Below are positions 12,360 through 25,030 of a stretch of DNA of 64,000 nt, one piece after another (position 1 is the first letter of the stretch; each line of letters opens with the position of its first letter). The position numbers and the translations under genes were made by a program. Under the pieces are notes generated by a model. The model saw only the letters and a program-made list of their open reading frames with translations. It made no database searches and was not told the DNA's origin. The stretch is from Mobula hypostoma (taxonomy: Eukaryota): contig NC_086107.1 of the NCBI RefSeq assembly GCF_963921235.1, positions 110,548,001-110,612,000 of the forward strand, written 5' to 3'.

Positions 12360-12820
12360 CCTGGGCAGAATTTCCCGGTGGCTGACCATTTTAATTCCTA
12401 TCCCCATTCCCAATCTGACATGTTGGTCTGAGGCCTCCTCCCTTGCCATGATAAAGTCACCGTATAGTCTATCTAAGTAGCCTCCAACCTGGTGGCATGA
12501 ATATTGATTTCTTCTTCCGGTAAATATTTCTATCCCCCTTCCCTCTTCTTCTATTCCCCACACTGTGGCCTCTTACCTCTTCTCCTCACCTGCCCGTCAT
12601 CTCCCCCTGGTGCCCCTCCTCCTTCCCTTTCTCCCACGGTCCACACTCCTCACCTAACAGATTCCTTCTTCTCTAGCCCTTGACCTTCCCTATCCACCTG
12701 GCCTCACCTATCACCTTCCAGCTAGTCCCCCTCGCCCTCCCTCCACTCGTCAACTCTGTCAACGCCCCACTTTCCCTTTCAGTCCTGAGGGGGAGTCTTG
12801 GCCCAACACGTCAACTGTTC
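12360..12820 (+). mobile_element. degenerate Penelope-like element 3' region (GIY-YIG C-terminus, pyrimidine-rich UTR, decayed hammerhead)
   Basis: Homologous to 33023-33575; ends AGTCCTGAGGGGGAGTCTTGGCCCAACACGTCAACT. Confidence 0.65.
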
Positions 12821-13333
12821 ATTAGGTTAGTGTTGAATCGGTGGGTTGTTGGGCAGTGTGGCTCATTGAGCTCGAAGGGCTTGTTCCCTGCTGCACCACT
12901 GAATAAAAATAAATAAAATTAAAAATCTCAAATGATCAATCTGCAAAATTTATCAGTCTACAATATTTCTAACTTTGAGATTGGCACTCAGCATTGGTAG
13001 ATTTTGGGAGTTTCGTTTGTTTGATTGGAAGATTTGCCACGTTGACTTGGTAATGTTTCTTGATTTGAGGCATGCTGTGTTGAAGATTTCTATATTTGAC
13101 CTGCTACCCATTTTGTGATGTGCCAGGTTGTCAGATGTTTACCAACCTGCGATAGTAAAGTGCTTGGATGTAATCTTAGAATTATGTGATGCACTCCGCT
13201 CTGTAATGGTTCTGGGTTAGAGGTGGTAAGCCATGAGGTGTCTCTAGGGTTGAGATTTCAGTTCATTAACTTGCTACATTTCAAGATGTTCACCGGCTTT
13301 TTATATTTCCAGCATTGAGCTGCCCTTTGATAC

Positions 13334-14291
13334 CACTGGACTACAAATTTTTTTGAAAGTGTTCCTTACTTAGTGTTTTTTTTTATATGATTGACTGGTT
13401 GAAGCTGAACACAAATATAATTTCAGACTACTTGTATCACATAGGAATTTGGAGAAACAAAACATGAACTTTTATTGAATATAATGTATTTAATTGCATA
13501 ACGGTGCTGACTATGATCAAAATGTTTTGCTGATGATTTTCATTTGTACTCAGTGTCTGAGACTTCTCGCTTAAGTGTCCAACAATAATCAGCCAGCATT
13601 GATGGATTCCAGTTGCCCTGATACCGTTTCTCCATGACCACAATGTCCTGGTGAAACCTCTCACCATGTGTGTCACTGACAGCATTAAGATTTGCAGGGA
13701 AGAAGTCTAAATGGGAATGCAGAAAGTGAATCTTTACTGACATGTTGAACTTCATGGTTTTGAATGCTTGGAGCATGTTGTCAACCAGCTGCGTGTAGTT
13801 TGGTGCTCTGTAGTTGCCAAGAGAATTTTCGGCAACATCCTTGAATGCCTTCCATGAAATTTTCTCCAGTCCTACTAGAAGTTCTTCAAGTTGTCTATCA
13901 TTGATGACCTGCTTGACTTGTGGACCAACAAAAATGCTTTCCTTAATCTTGGCAGTTATTCTGGGAAACATCAGCCTCAAATGGAAATTTATATCCTAAT
14001 CAAAATCCTTCATGGAAATTTATATCCTTTCTAAAGCCTGTCCTGCCATGCACTATCCTCCCTGCCCAAGCATGTCCCGGCATGCCTGGATAAGAAGGAA
14101 AACTTTTCAGCTGACATTGTGGGCAACTTTTTAATTGGCTTGAATTATGAATTGAAATAACAAATATATACAATTTCAAAAAAAAATGGTGTGTGAAAGG
14201 AAAATTTCTTGGTGATTTTCATGATCACCAGCCCAAAATCCGTAAGTTATACTCAAAAGTATTTGGGAAGCAAAATCTTTGTTGTCCAGTG
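13334..14291 (-). mobile_element. internally deleted Chapaev3 (CMC superfamily) DNA transposon
   Basis: TIRs CACTGGACTACAAA / TTTGTTGTCCAGTG; identical 3-bp TSD TAC at 13331-13333 and 14292-14294; transposase fragment inside. Confidence 0.8.
13540..13980 (-). pseudogene. Chapaev3-type transposase C-terminal fragment
   Basis: KIKESIFVGPQ...MSVKIHFLHSHLDFFPANLNAVSDTHGERFHQDIVVMEKRYQG..MLADYCW matches the Chapaev3 signature (H-x-LHSHLDFF...SDEHGERFHQDI...LADYCW). Confidence 0.8.
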
Positions 14292-14734
14292 TACTTAATG
14301 GAATATAAATGTTCAGCCAGTAAACTTCCTTCCGATCAGATTCAGATTTATTCACTTATCACATGTGCTATCACGGTAAGCATTGCCAACGACTGAACCC
14401 AGGTGTGGAAGAATGGTTGACTCCCATGAGGAGATGGAAATAAAAGGTTCTGTATCGGAATTCCAACAGGGCATTGGTGGCATGACCGAGCGGCAACGCC
14501 AGACAAATCATTCTAAACACAAAGACTCCACGACCAGCGCTAAACAGGAGTCTGCATTAAATAATTACAGATGGCGGAAAACCCGTGCCAGTCACAATTA
14601 TCTGGACAAGATTAAACAGAAAGCACAGGAGCTTAACGACTCTAGTTAAGATAATGATTAGTAAATAACAGGTAACACACATCAAAGTTGCTGGTGAACG
14701 CAGCAGGCCAGGCTGCATCTCTAGGAAGAGGTAG

Positions 14735-14770
14735 AGTCGACGTTTCGGGCCGAGACCCTTCGTCAGGACT
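14735..14770 (-). ncRNA. minimal type I hammerhead ribozyme motif (intact core)
   Basis: Minus strand AGTC-CTGACGA-A-GGGT-CTCG-GCCC-GAAA-CG-TC-GACT: helix I AGTC/GACT, CUGANGA and GAAA boxes, GUC triplet. Confidence 0.75.
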
Positions 14771-15152
14771 AACTGAAGGAAGAGCTAGTAAGAGATTTGA
14801 AAGTGGGAGGGGGAGGGGGAGATCCAAAATGATAGGAGAAGACAGGAGAGGGAGGAATGGAGCCAAGAGCTGGATAGTTGATTGGCAAAAGGGATATGAG
14901 AGGTTCATGGGACAGGAGGCCCAGGGGGGAAGGAAAAGGGGGAGGGGGGGAAAACCCAGAGGATGGGCAAGGGGTATAGTCAGAGGGACAGAGGGAGAAA
15001 AAGGAGAGAGAGAGAATGATCCTCTCATATCCCTTTTGCCAATCACCTGTCCAGCTCTTGGCTCCATCCCTCCCCCTCTGTCTTCTCCTATCATTTTGGA
15101 TCTCCCCCTCCCCCTCCCACTTTCAAATCTCTTACTAGCTCTTCTTTCAGTT

Positions 15153-15188
15153 AGTCCTGACGAAGGGTCTCGGCCCAAAACGTCGACT
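15153..15188 (+). ncRNA. hammerhead motif with a core mutation (GAAA>AAAA at 15177), presumably inactive
   Basis: AGTCCTGACGAAGGGTCTCGGCCCAAAACGTCGACT. Confidence 0.65.
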
Positions 15189-15479
15189 GTACCTCTTCCT
15201 AGAGGTGCTGCCTGGCCTGCTGAGTTCGCCAGCAACTTTGATGTGTGTTGCTTGAATTTCCAGCATCTGCAGAATTCCTCATGTTTAGGTAAATAACAGG
15301 TGCTTGAGTAACCTAGGTGCCTAATGCTCTATGGCTGCCCACAGAGGCCCACAGGGCTCATGATATGTACAGAGAAATGCGTTATTTGCATTAACAACCA
15401 ACAGAACCTAAGGATGTGCCCTAGGCAGATAGCGAGGCCAGTTCAGTCCTTGAACAGAGATGTTCAGGATTTAATATGC

Positions 15480-16275
15480 AAAGTTCAAAGTACATTTATT
15501 ATCAAAGTATGTATACTATATACAACCCAGAGATTTGTCTCCTTGCAGGCAGCCACAAGCCTAAGAAATCCCAATACAACCCACTTAAAAAAAAGACCAA
15601 CAAACACCGAATGTGCAGAGAGAAAAAAAACTCAAATTGTGCAAACAGTAAAAGTAAGCAAATAGCATTCAGAACTGAAGTTCACTAAAGTGAGTCCTCA
15701 GCCCGAGCCAGTCATCACTGCAGGTGATTCAGGAGCCCCTTAAGTTGCAGGCTACAGTCTCAGTTCAGCACAGGGACGAGTAAACGTCGCAGGGCAGTGA
15801 GCTGAACCAGTCCGTTCCTCACCTCTGGCCCCGACACCCACATCTTTTCAATCTGGCCCAGTGCTTAAATTATCCAAACCGTGGGTCGCTCCTGCCACTT
15901 TGATGCACTCTCGGGCCCAGGCCCTGCCCTGCCCCCTTGATTTGGCCTGGGTACCCTTTATAATTTGGCCTGGCACTTAAATTGATCAAAGTGAGGAAAG
16001 ACTCTTGGATTCAGACCCAGGCACCGCCACCTCAACTCTGCCTTGGCGCTGCTCCCCTTGCCTGGGTTCTGCATCGAATCACCACCGAGTCCGCTCCAGC
16101 TATTGGCTTGCTCCCCGCTCACGCCACAATCATCCTGCACCTTTGGGACTTCGGTTCACACTGCAAAAAATGCCAGGTCGTACGAGTGGTTCAAAAGCTC
16201 AGCTCCAAAAGTTAGGTGACAGACTATATATTGCTGTGATCGTTTACCAGAAAAAGTGTGATTAATAATACAATC
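15480..16275 (-). mobile_element. non-autonomous LINE-derived element with GC-rich GGGCC-containing body and Rex1-like tail
   Basis: Tail AATAAATGTACTTTGAACTT on minus; shares TTAATCA...TGGTAAA(C/T)GATCAC(A/T)GCAA with 24398-25030(+). Confidence 0.45.
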
Positions 16276-18117
16276 GAGTCAACAACACCTCTAGATTTAA
16301 AACGTTCAGCAAGATAATTGGTATGAATTTGAGGTGTTCCATCTGTCACAAGATGGTGGTAGGGTTATGATGCACATTCATAATTTGGGATTTAAAAATT
16401 CCCAGAACCAGGAAGTTCTGACAATAGCGGGTCTCTAATCATGATTTTTTTTTCCAGGTTTAGGTGTAGAGGTGAAATATTGTTGATTTGAGATGTTCAG
16501 TGTGTTCTACATAAAAACACAAGAAAATTGGAGCAGATACAGGCAACTGAGTGGCTCAAGGCCCACGTGCTATTATGGCTCTTACCAGCTCAACATAGGC
16601 TTCAATCTCCTGATCTTTCAAAAAAATTATCTACTTCCTCAAGTACCCATTAGACCATAAGGCATAGGATCAGAATTAAGCTATTTGGCCTATCAAGTCT
16701 GCTCCGCCATTTCATCATGGCTGATTTAGTATCCTTCTCAACCCCATTCTCCTGCCTTCTCCTGATAACCTTTGACACCCTCGATAATCAAGAACCTATC
16801 AATCTCTGCTTCAAATATACCCCATGATTTGGCCTCCATGGACATCTGTGGTAATGAATTCCACAGATTCACCACTCTCTGGCTAAAGAACTTCTTCCTC
16901 ATCTCTGTTCTAAAGGTACGTCCTTGTATTCTGAGGTTGTGCATCCTCTTCACATCCACTCTATCTCAGCCTTTCAGTATTCAATAGGTTTCAATCAGAT
17001 CTCCTCTCATTCTTCTAAACTCAAGTGAGTACAGGCCAAGAGCCTGTACCTGGGTGATCAAGCCTCCGCAACCTTAACGGGTAGACAATTCTTGAGGCTG
17101 ACCACCTCTGCACACCTCAGGTTTAAATGACTACCTCTAATCTTGTAAATCTGTCCTCTTGTTTGGGATTTGTCTATTTAGGACAGAGATGAGGAGGAAT
17201 TTCTTTAGCCAGAGGATGGCAAGTCCGTGGAATTCACTGCCCCAGATGGCTGTGAAGGCCAAGTGGTTGGGTATATTTAAAACGGAAGTTGATTGGTTCT
17301 TGAGTAGTCGGGGTGTCAAGTGTTATGGGGAGAAGGCTGGAGAATAGGGTTAGGAGGATTAAACAATCAGCCAGGATGGAATGGTGGAGCAGACTTGATG
17401 GGCTGAATGGCCTACATCTTCTTCTACACTATAGTATGTCCTGTGGTCTTGTGGTTTTACTCTCCCACCAACGGAAACATCTCAACATCTACCCTGAAAA
17501 GATCTTGTGTGTTTCAATAAGACAATCCCTCATTTTTAAGATTCTACAATATTCAAAGTGGCTGAAAACAGAGCAAACGTACTCAACCCAGGAATAAGCT
17601 TAGTGACTCTCTTTTGGACTGTCTCTAATGCATGTATGCCTGAAGGGAACCAAAACTGTGCACTTTACTCCGAGTCTGGTCTTGCCATTACCGTGTACAA
17701 TAGTAACAAAACTTTGCTGATGCTAACTTCGGCCCACTGGGATTGCAGACTGATGTGCTATTGACCTGCCCGACCCTGCTGCATCTGCTTGCTGCCTTTG
17801 CAAATCAAGACACAGGAGCACCCGTACCCATCTCGGTTCCATCTATCTGCAGTCTTGCTCCGTAGACTAACATCCAAAGTCCGGAGTCTGGGGCTTGTCC
17901 TGCATTTGGAACGTTGTCCACGCGTGTGGGTGGGAGGGAGTTCGGAAGGGTGAACGGGGCTGCATTTTCCTGTTGTTCTTCAGTTGCTTGTTGTGTTTTG
18001 TGTTGTTCTTCCGGAAGGTGGGCACTGGAAGGTGTAATGTCCCTTAGGGGCCACATCCAGCACTCCCCTTATCGTAAGCAAAAGCATTTCACTGTATGTT
18101 TGGATATACATGTGATA

Positions 18118-18650
18118 ATCCTACAAAATCCGACAAAAGGTAGTGGTTTTGGCCTAGTACGTCATGGATAAAACCCTACCAGCCATTGAGCACATCTATA
18201 TGAAACACTGTCGTAGAAAAGCAGCATACATCATCAGAGATCCCCACCACCCAGGCCATGCTCTGTTCTCGCTGCTGCCATCAGGTAGAAGGTACAAGAG
18301 CCTCAGGACTCGCACTGCCAAGTTCAAGAGCAGTTACTACCCCCCAACCATCAGGCTCTTGAACAAAAGGGGATAACTACACTCACTTGCCCATCCATTG
18401 AGATGTTCCCACAACCAATGATCTCACTTTAAGGACTCTTTATCTTCAGCTCTCATTATTTATTGCTATTTATTTATATTTACATTTGCACAGTTTGTTG
18501 TCTTCTGCACTCTCGTTAATGTGCCATTGATCCTGTTATGGTTACTCATCTACAGATTTGCTGAGTATGCCCACAGGAAAATGAATCTCAGGGTTATGTA
18601 TGGTGACATATATGTATTTTGATAATAAAATTGACTTTGAACTTTGAATA
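18118..18650 (+). mobile_element. Rex1/Babar LINE 3' fragment
   Basis: ORF 18164-18376 LPAIEHIYMKHCRRKAAYIIRDPHHPGHALFSLLPSGRRYKSL. Confidence 0.8.
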
Positions 18651-19111
18651 AATTTGAGTCTGAACATCACATTTTCAAACATTAAACTCCATTTGGCAAG
18701 TTATTCTCCACCCACACAACCTCTCTATATCCTGTCACAGACTCCTACTTATTTTCATGTCATGGGTAAACCTGGGCTCTTTACACACTGACCCTCCTCC
18801 AGGCAGTGAATACAAATTGGAGATGATTAAGGACATGAACTGATCCTTGGGACAGTCCACTGGTTAAATCCAGTTAGCCTGAGAATGACCCATTTATTCT
18901 TTCCGTCTTTTCTTGGCGATAACCAAACCAGTCCACACTAACGCGCTTCCCCAGTACCACGAGCCCTTATCATATCTTGCAGCTTTTAATAGGGCACCTT
19001 ATCAAATGTCTTCCAAAAATCCAAATGCACGTCATCGGCAGGTTCCCCTCTTTCGGTTCTGCTTGTTTTGTTTTTTGAAGAACTCCAGCAAATTTATCGT
19101 CCGTGTTTTGA

Positions 19112-19265
19112 GGCCCTCCGTTGGTTAGGGGGGCGACCATGGATGTTGTGTCCCAACTCTCTAAGTGATACACGAGCCAGGGCAGTACGATATGGAGAGT
19201 AAACTGTTGCCCATGTAGCAAGCTCCCTCTCTCCATGAATCCAAAGAAACAGCAGAGACTAAATC
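19112..19265 (-). mobile_element. RTE-related non-autonomous element fragment
   Basis: Reverse complement resembles 41130-41250 (CTACATGGGCAACAG...CTCTCCATATCGTACT...CCATGGT). Confidence 0.5.
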
Positions 19266-19569
19266 TTTGGTATGCTTGCAGTGAACTCCCCCATGCTAAT
19301 GTGTTCCTAGTTGTGAATAATTTCTCAATTTGAGACGTGCAGAATTTAATTTTTACAGTTTTGTGATTATCAGCCCGTGATATTCTTCAATTCACGGCGT
19401 TAGTTTACGGTGTTTACAGATCTGAGTTGCTGGTTGTGATTTGTATGCTCAACTATAACATAAAATTGATTGCACAAGGTGACCATGACTTTGTAACTTG
19501 TAAAGTGCTTGGTCAGAGAGATGAGGTACAATATGTGCTCACGGGCGATGAGCACAGTAGTGGGCGAAG

Positions 19570-21230
19570 ACCCAAACTATGTAAAACTTCTATAGATGTC
19601 TGGTGGAGAGGATCCTGACTGACTGCATCATGGCCTGGAATGGAAACACCAATGGGCTTGGATGGAAAAGCCTACAAAAAAGTGTTGGATACAGTCCAGT
19701 CCACCACAGGAAAAGCACCCCCCCCCCCGCCCCACCATTGAGCATATCTACAAGGAGCACCGCCAGAAACAGCACCCTTCTTTAAGGAACCTCACCATCC
19801 AGCCCTCGCTCTCTTCTCAGTACTTGCCTTCAGGAAGGAGGTCCCACACCACCAGGTTCAGGAACAGCTATTACCCTTCAACCCTCAGGCTCCTGCGCCA
19901 GTGTGGACAACTCTGCTCACCTCAACACTGAGCTGATCAGTTTCAAACTCCTGGGGTGTGCACATCACACACGGCCTCTCATGGTCTCAGAATAGATCCT
20001 ACGTGGTCAGAAAAGCTCACCAAAGCCCCTACTTTCTGAGGAGGCTGATGAGAGCTGGACTTCGTAGCTGCACACTCACAACATTCTGCAGACGTGTACT
20101 TGAGAGCATCCTAACAAACTGCATCACTGCTCGGTATGGAAGCGGCACTGGGGCAGACAGGAAGGCTCACAACAGGTAGTCGAAGCTGCCCAATGCGTCA
20201 CTGACACCAGCTTATCCACCACAAGCACATATACACTAGTCTCTATTTCCTGAAGAGACTGAGGTCCTTTAACATCTGCCGGACGATGCTGAGGATGTTC
20301 TACAAGTCTGTGGTGGCCAGTGTGATCATGTTTGCTGTTGTGTGCTGGGGTAGCAGGCTGAGGGTAGCAGACACCAGCAGAATCAACAAACTCATTCGTA
20401 AGGCCGGTGATGTTGTGGGGATGGAACTGGACTCTCTGACGGTGGTGTCTGAAAAGAGGATGCTGTCCAAGTTGCATGCCATCTTGGACAATGTCTCCCA
20501 TCCACTACATAATGTACTGGGTGGACACAGGAGTACATTCAGCCAGAGACTCATTCCACCGAGATGCAACACAGAGCGTCATAGGAAGTCATTCCTGCCT
20601 GTGGCCATCAAACTTTACAACTCCTCCCTTGGAGGGTCAGACACCCTGAGCCAATAGGCTGGTCCTGGACTTATTTCCTGGCATAATTTACATATTATTA
20701 TTTAATTATTTATAGTTTTGTATTGCTATATCTATACTCTATTCTTGGTTGGTGCAACTGTAACGAAACCCAATTTCCCTGGGGATCAATAAAGTATGAC
20801 TATGACTATGACTATACAGAAAAGTGATGGAAAAGGGCCAGTGACATCATGAAGGATCCCACGCACCCTGCTCACGGACTGTTTGCCCCACTCCTATCAG
20901 GGAGGAGGCTATGTAGCATCCACTCCAGGACCACCAAACTCGAAAACAGTTCCTTTCCCCAAGCAGTAAGGCTGATCAACACCTCCACCCACTAACTCCA
21001 CCACTACTTTATAATTTCCCATCAGTCACCTTGTGTTCAGCTCAGTGTCACTTTATGGACACACAATCAATCTATGAATGTAAGCTATCTTATGTATTTA
21101 TATTTATCGTGTTTTTTATTATTATTGTGTACTTTTATCTTTTGTGCTGCATCGGATCTGGAGAAACAATAATTTTGTTCTCCTTTACACTTGTGTACAG
21201 GAAATGACATTAAACAATCTTGAATCTTGA
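19570..21230 (+). mobile_element. cluster of Rex1/Babar LINE 3' fragments including a younger insertion at ~20240-20815
   Basis: ORF 20286-20657 FYKSVVASVIMFAVVCWG...LHAILDNVSHPLH...RHRKSFLPVAIKLYN with (GACTAT)n tail; the flanking older copy resumes at ~20815. Confidence 0.75.
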
Positions 21231-23750
21231 ATCTTGTGTTCTCATCTCTATCTGTTTAAGAGCCATCAGAAACCTCGTGCAGAGCCCAATCGGCTGAAGA
21301 GCCATGGTGGTTTGAATGGGCACCAATAGGCTCGATTGATCCCAGTGGAGAGAACAAAGCCAGCCTCACTGAGCTCTTGTGGGAATCTGTGTTATTCCAA
21401 GCAGCAGCAAGGCTGATCAACACCTCCACCCACTGTCTCACCACCACCACAACTTAATCATTTCCTGTCAGTCACCTCATGTACAACCTAGCGTCACTTT
21501 ATTGGCATACAATCAATCTATGTATATCAGCGATCTTATATACTTCTATTCATTGAGCTTTTTAATATTATTATTATTGCATTTTTTATCTTTTGTGTTT
21601 TCTTCTTGAATCTTGAATGCAATCTATGGACTCACTTTCAAGGATTCTACAATACTGTTCTCAGTATTATTTATATATTTGCACAGTTTGTCTTCTTCTG
21701 CATGTTGGTTGATTGTCAGTTCTTTTCATTGAAACTATTGTATTTCTTTGCTCTATTGTGAACGCCTGCACAAAAATGAATCTCAGTATGGAGTATGATG
21801 AAAATAGCACATCCATTGAACTTTGAACTCTGAACCCTCCTGCTAACCCTGATTGATTCGCCTCCTCTGAAGCTAATGCAACACCGCGACAGAACTGCGG
21901 GAAAGGTTCCTCGAGCACCTGTGCTCTCTAATGGAGGCTTCAGCTGCTCACAGTTTTGTAGGTTGGCCCTCTGGAGCTGAGCGTATCGCGGCTGCCGGAA
22001 ATCTGGAGGTCTCAAGTGGCTTGTTGAAGCCTGAGGTGGTGGTTGTGGTTTGAGAATCTGGGTTGTGTTGGTCAAGAGCGGGGTGGACCTCCATTAAGAG
22101 CAGAGATGAGGGGGAATTTCTTTAGCCAGAGGGTGGTGAATCTGTGGAATTCATTGCCATAGATGGCTGTGGAGCCCAAGCATTGAGTACATTTAAAGCG
22201 GAGGTTAACAGGTTCTTCATTAGACAGGGCGTCAAACTTCAACGGGATTTCTGCCACGGACAGCCGTAGAGACCAAGTCATTGGATATATTTAAAGTGGA
22301 GGTTGATAGTTTCTTGATTAGTCAGGGCATCAAAGGTTATGGGGAGAAGGCAGGAGAATGGGGTTGAGAGGGATAGTAAACAGCCATGATGGAATGGTGG
22401 AGCAGACTCAATGGGCTGAATGGCCTGATTCTGCTCTGAGGTCTTATGGTTTTATGGAAGGTGGGGGAGGGGGTGTTGCACGAACGAAAGGCTACCCTCA
22501 TTGAGAAGGCGGTGGGCAAAGGAGGAGAGGACTCTTGTCAGACGGGCCTATTTTAGAGATTGCCTGATTTTAACCTCTCCTTCCTCTGCCCAGATCTGCA
22601 GAACAATGCTTTGGGAGCTGAAAGTGCTGACATCGCTGTTCAACCTTCTGTGGTGAACTGAATAGCAGGGTGTAGAGTACCAAATCACATGCAAGTACAG
22701 GCGAAAAAAAAGCTAGTTTAGAAAGTAAAGATTCAAAGTAAGTTCATTATTGAAGTACGCATCTGTCACCGAATACTACCTTGTGAATGCCTGCAAGAAA
22801 TGAATCTCAAGGTGGTATGTGGTGACATATATGTACTTTGATAATAAATTTGCTTTGAACTTTGAACTTCTAAGAAGTTTTCATGGTGACTGCCACGTGC
22901 ATCGTTGTGATTATTAGTTATCTGAGAGTTTACAACTGCTGATCGGAGCCGCTATGAAAGATGGAAGGTGGGTCAGAAATTTAAAGAACCTGTCTCCCAT
23001 GGCAACCACAGGGGAGCTACGGAGTAGGCTGCTCCTGAGGGGAGGGAAACCCTCACGGTTTGAGTGTGTCCCACACCCAACCCCGTTCCCTCGGCTAGCA
23101 GCCCGAGAGAGGTAACTCCAGCTGTTTCAAAGAAACTGCCTGCGCGGAGGTCTTCGCATCATACAATGGCTTTGCTTGGCAATACGTCTTTTGGGTTTTG
23201 CTGATTAGTATTGTTGCTGTTTTGCCAACATCATACTGAAGTGGGTTGGAGAGATGGATTCCCAGTAGACAGCAGGATTATCAATTAAATTTGACCTCCC
23301 CATGTTGCCCACCAGTGTTGAGGATTTTAAACTGGTTGATTATCATTGGTATGTTTTCCCTCTCAACCCTAAGTATAGACCATAAGACCGTAAGACATAG
23401 GAGCAGAATTAGGCCATCTGGCCCATTGAGTCTACTCTGCTATTCAATCATGGCTGATCCTTTTTTCTATCTCCTCCTCAGCCCCACTACCTGGCCTCTT
23501 CCCCGTAACCTTTGATGCCATGTCCAATCAAGAACCTATCAATCTCTGCCTTAAATACGCCCAATGACCTGGCCTCCACAGCTGCATGTGGCAACAAGTT
23601 CCACAGATTCACCACCCTTTGGCTAAAGAAATTTCTCCGCATCTCTGTTTTGAAAGGGCGCCCCACTATCAACCCCTCTTAACCCCAAGTATTTTGCTGG
23701 CATATTTGCAAATCTTTGGAATATCGCGTAAACTGATAATTTTTTGGTAA

Positions 23751-24271
23751 CGCAAACGCGAGGAGATCTGCAGACGCTGGAAATTCAAGCAGCGCATCAA
23801 AGTTGCTGGTGAACGCAGCAGGCCAGGCAGCATCTCTAGGAAGAGGTGCAGTCGACGTTTCAGGCCGAGACCCTTCGTCAGGACTAACGGAAAGAAGAGC
23901 TAGTAAGAGATTTGAAAGTGGGATGGGGAGGGGGAGAAGACAGGAGGGGGAGGGATGGAGCCAAGAGCTGGACAGGTGATTGGCAAAAGGGATATGAGAG
24001 GATCATGGGACAGGAGGCCCAGGGAGAAGGAAAAGGGGGAGGGGGGGGAACCCAGAGGATGGGCGAGGGGTATAGTGAGAGGGACAGAGGGAGAAAAAGG
24101 AGAGTGAGAGAAAGAATGTCTGTATATAAATAAATAACAGATGGGGTACGAAGGGGAGGTGAGGCATTAGCAGAAGTTAGAGAAGTCAATGTTCATGCCA
24201 TCACATTGGAGGCTACCCAGACGGAATATAAGGTGTTGTTCCTCCAACCTGAGTGTGGCTTCATCTTTACA
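23751..24271 (-). mobile_element. Penelope-like element, single 5'-truncated copy
   Basis: Minus strand encodes KDEATLRLEEQHLIFRLGSLQCDGMNIDFSNF, then UTR and hammerhead; 13-bp TSD AATTTTTTGGTAA (23738-23750) / AATTTTTTGTTAA (24272-24284). Confidence 0.85.
23850..23885 (-). ncRNA. minimal type I hammerhead ribozyme motif (intact core)
   Basis: Minus strand AGTCCTGACGAAGGGTCTCGGCCTGAAACGTCGACT. Confidence 0.7.
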
Positions 24272-24397
24272 AATTTTTTGTTAAGTTATTTTTTTATAGT
24301 CACATGTACCAAGGTAGAGTGATAGACGTGCATTTATTTACTGATTGAAGATACAACACTGAACAGGCCCAAAGAACCGCACTGCCCAGGAACACAC

Positions 24398-25030
24398 TTG
24401 TTTAAGATGGCGGTGCGGGGGGCAAGGCACAATTTACTGGTGGTTACCAGAACAAGAAATACAACAAAACACTTAATCAATTGCATTCTTTTCTGTAAAA
24501 AAAGAATTGTGGTAAATGATCACTGCAAAGAGGCGAGGCTGACTCGAGGGTTGAAGTGTGCGGGTGCGAGGCAGTTGGGACGAGACTGAGGCATGCGTGA
24601 GGAGGAGTCAGGGGCGAGGTCAAGAAATACTAGAGATAGAGTTGGGGCGCGCGGAGCGGAGAAAAGTCGGAGCGTACGAGAGGCAGTTTTGGGCCCCGTC
24701 CACTGAAATTGAGAGTGAGGTTTGACCAATCTAAGGGCAGGGCCAATTTGGAGAGGTTGGGTACGGGCCGGAGCGTGGCAGTGGGGTCCAAGACCAGCGC
24801 ATATCAATCAAACAGGGCCTGGGTCTTAGAGCCAGGAACGACCTGAGGTTTTGACCATTTAAATACTGGGCCAGATGTTTTGAAAAGCCAAGGTGTCGGA
24901 AGGGAGTTGGGCTGGGCTCTGTGACGTTTCCTCCGCTCTTCGCTGTACTGAGGCCAAGGACGTGGGCCTGCTCGGGGGGTTTCAGGGCCTCTCCGTCTCA
25001 GCTCTGTTGTAAGCAGGAGCAAGCGCACCT
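24398..25030 (+). mobile_element. 5' part of a non-autonomous retroelement beginning with a YY1-type AAGATGGCGG motif
   Basis: AAGATGGCGG at 24404-24413 followed by a GC-rich body similar to 15480-16275(-). Confidence 0.4.

Larger units (their letters stand above)
14674..15288. mobile_element. Penelope-like element, head-to-head inverted dimer of 3'/terminal sequences
   Basis: Arms are reverse complements of each other, junction ~15017; perfect 13-bp TSD GTAAATAACAGGT at 14661-14673 and 15289-15301. Confidence 0.85.

Noticed and set aside
14642..15296. Paired ~200-aa ORFs on opposite strands
   Set aside because: They arise from the inverted repeat of a low-complexity PLE UTR; no protein family resemblance.
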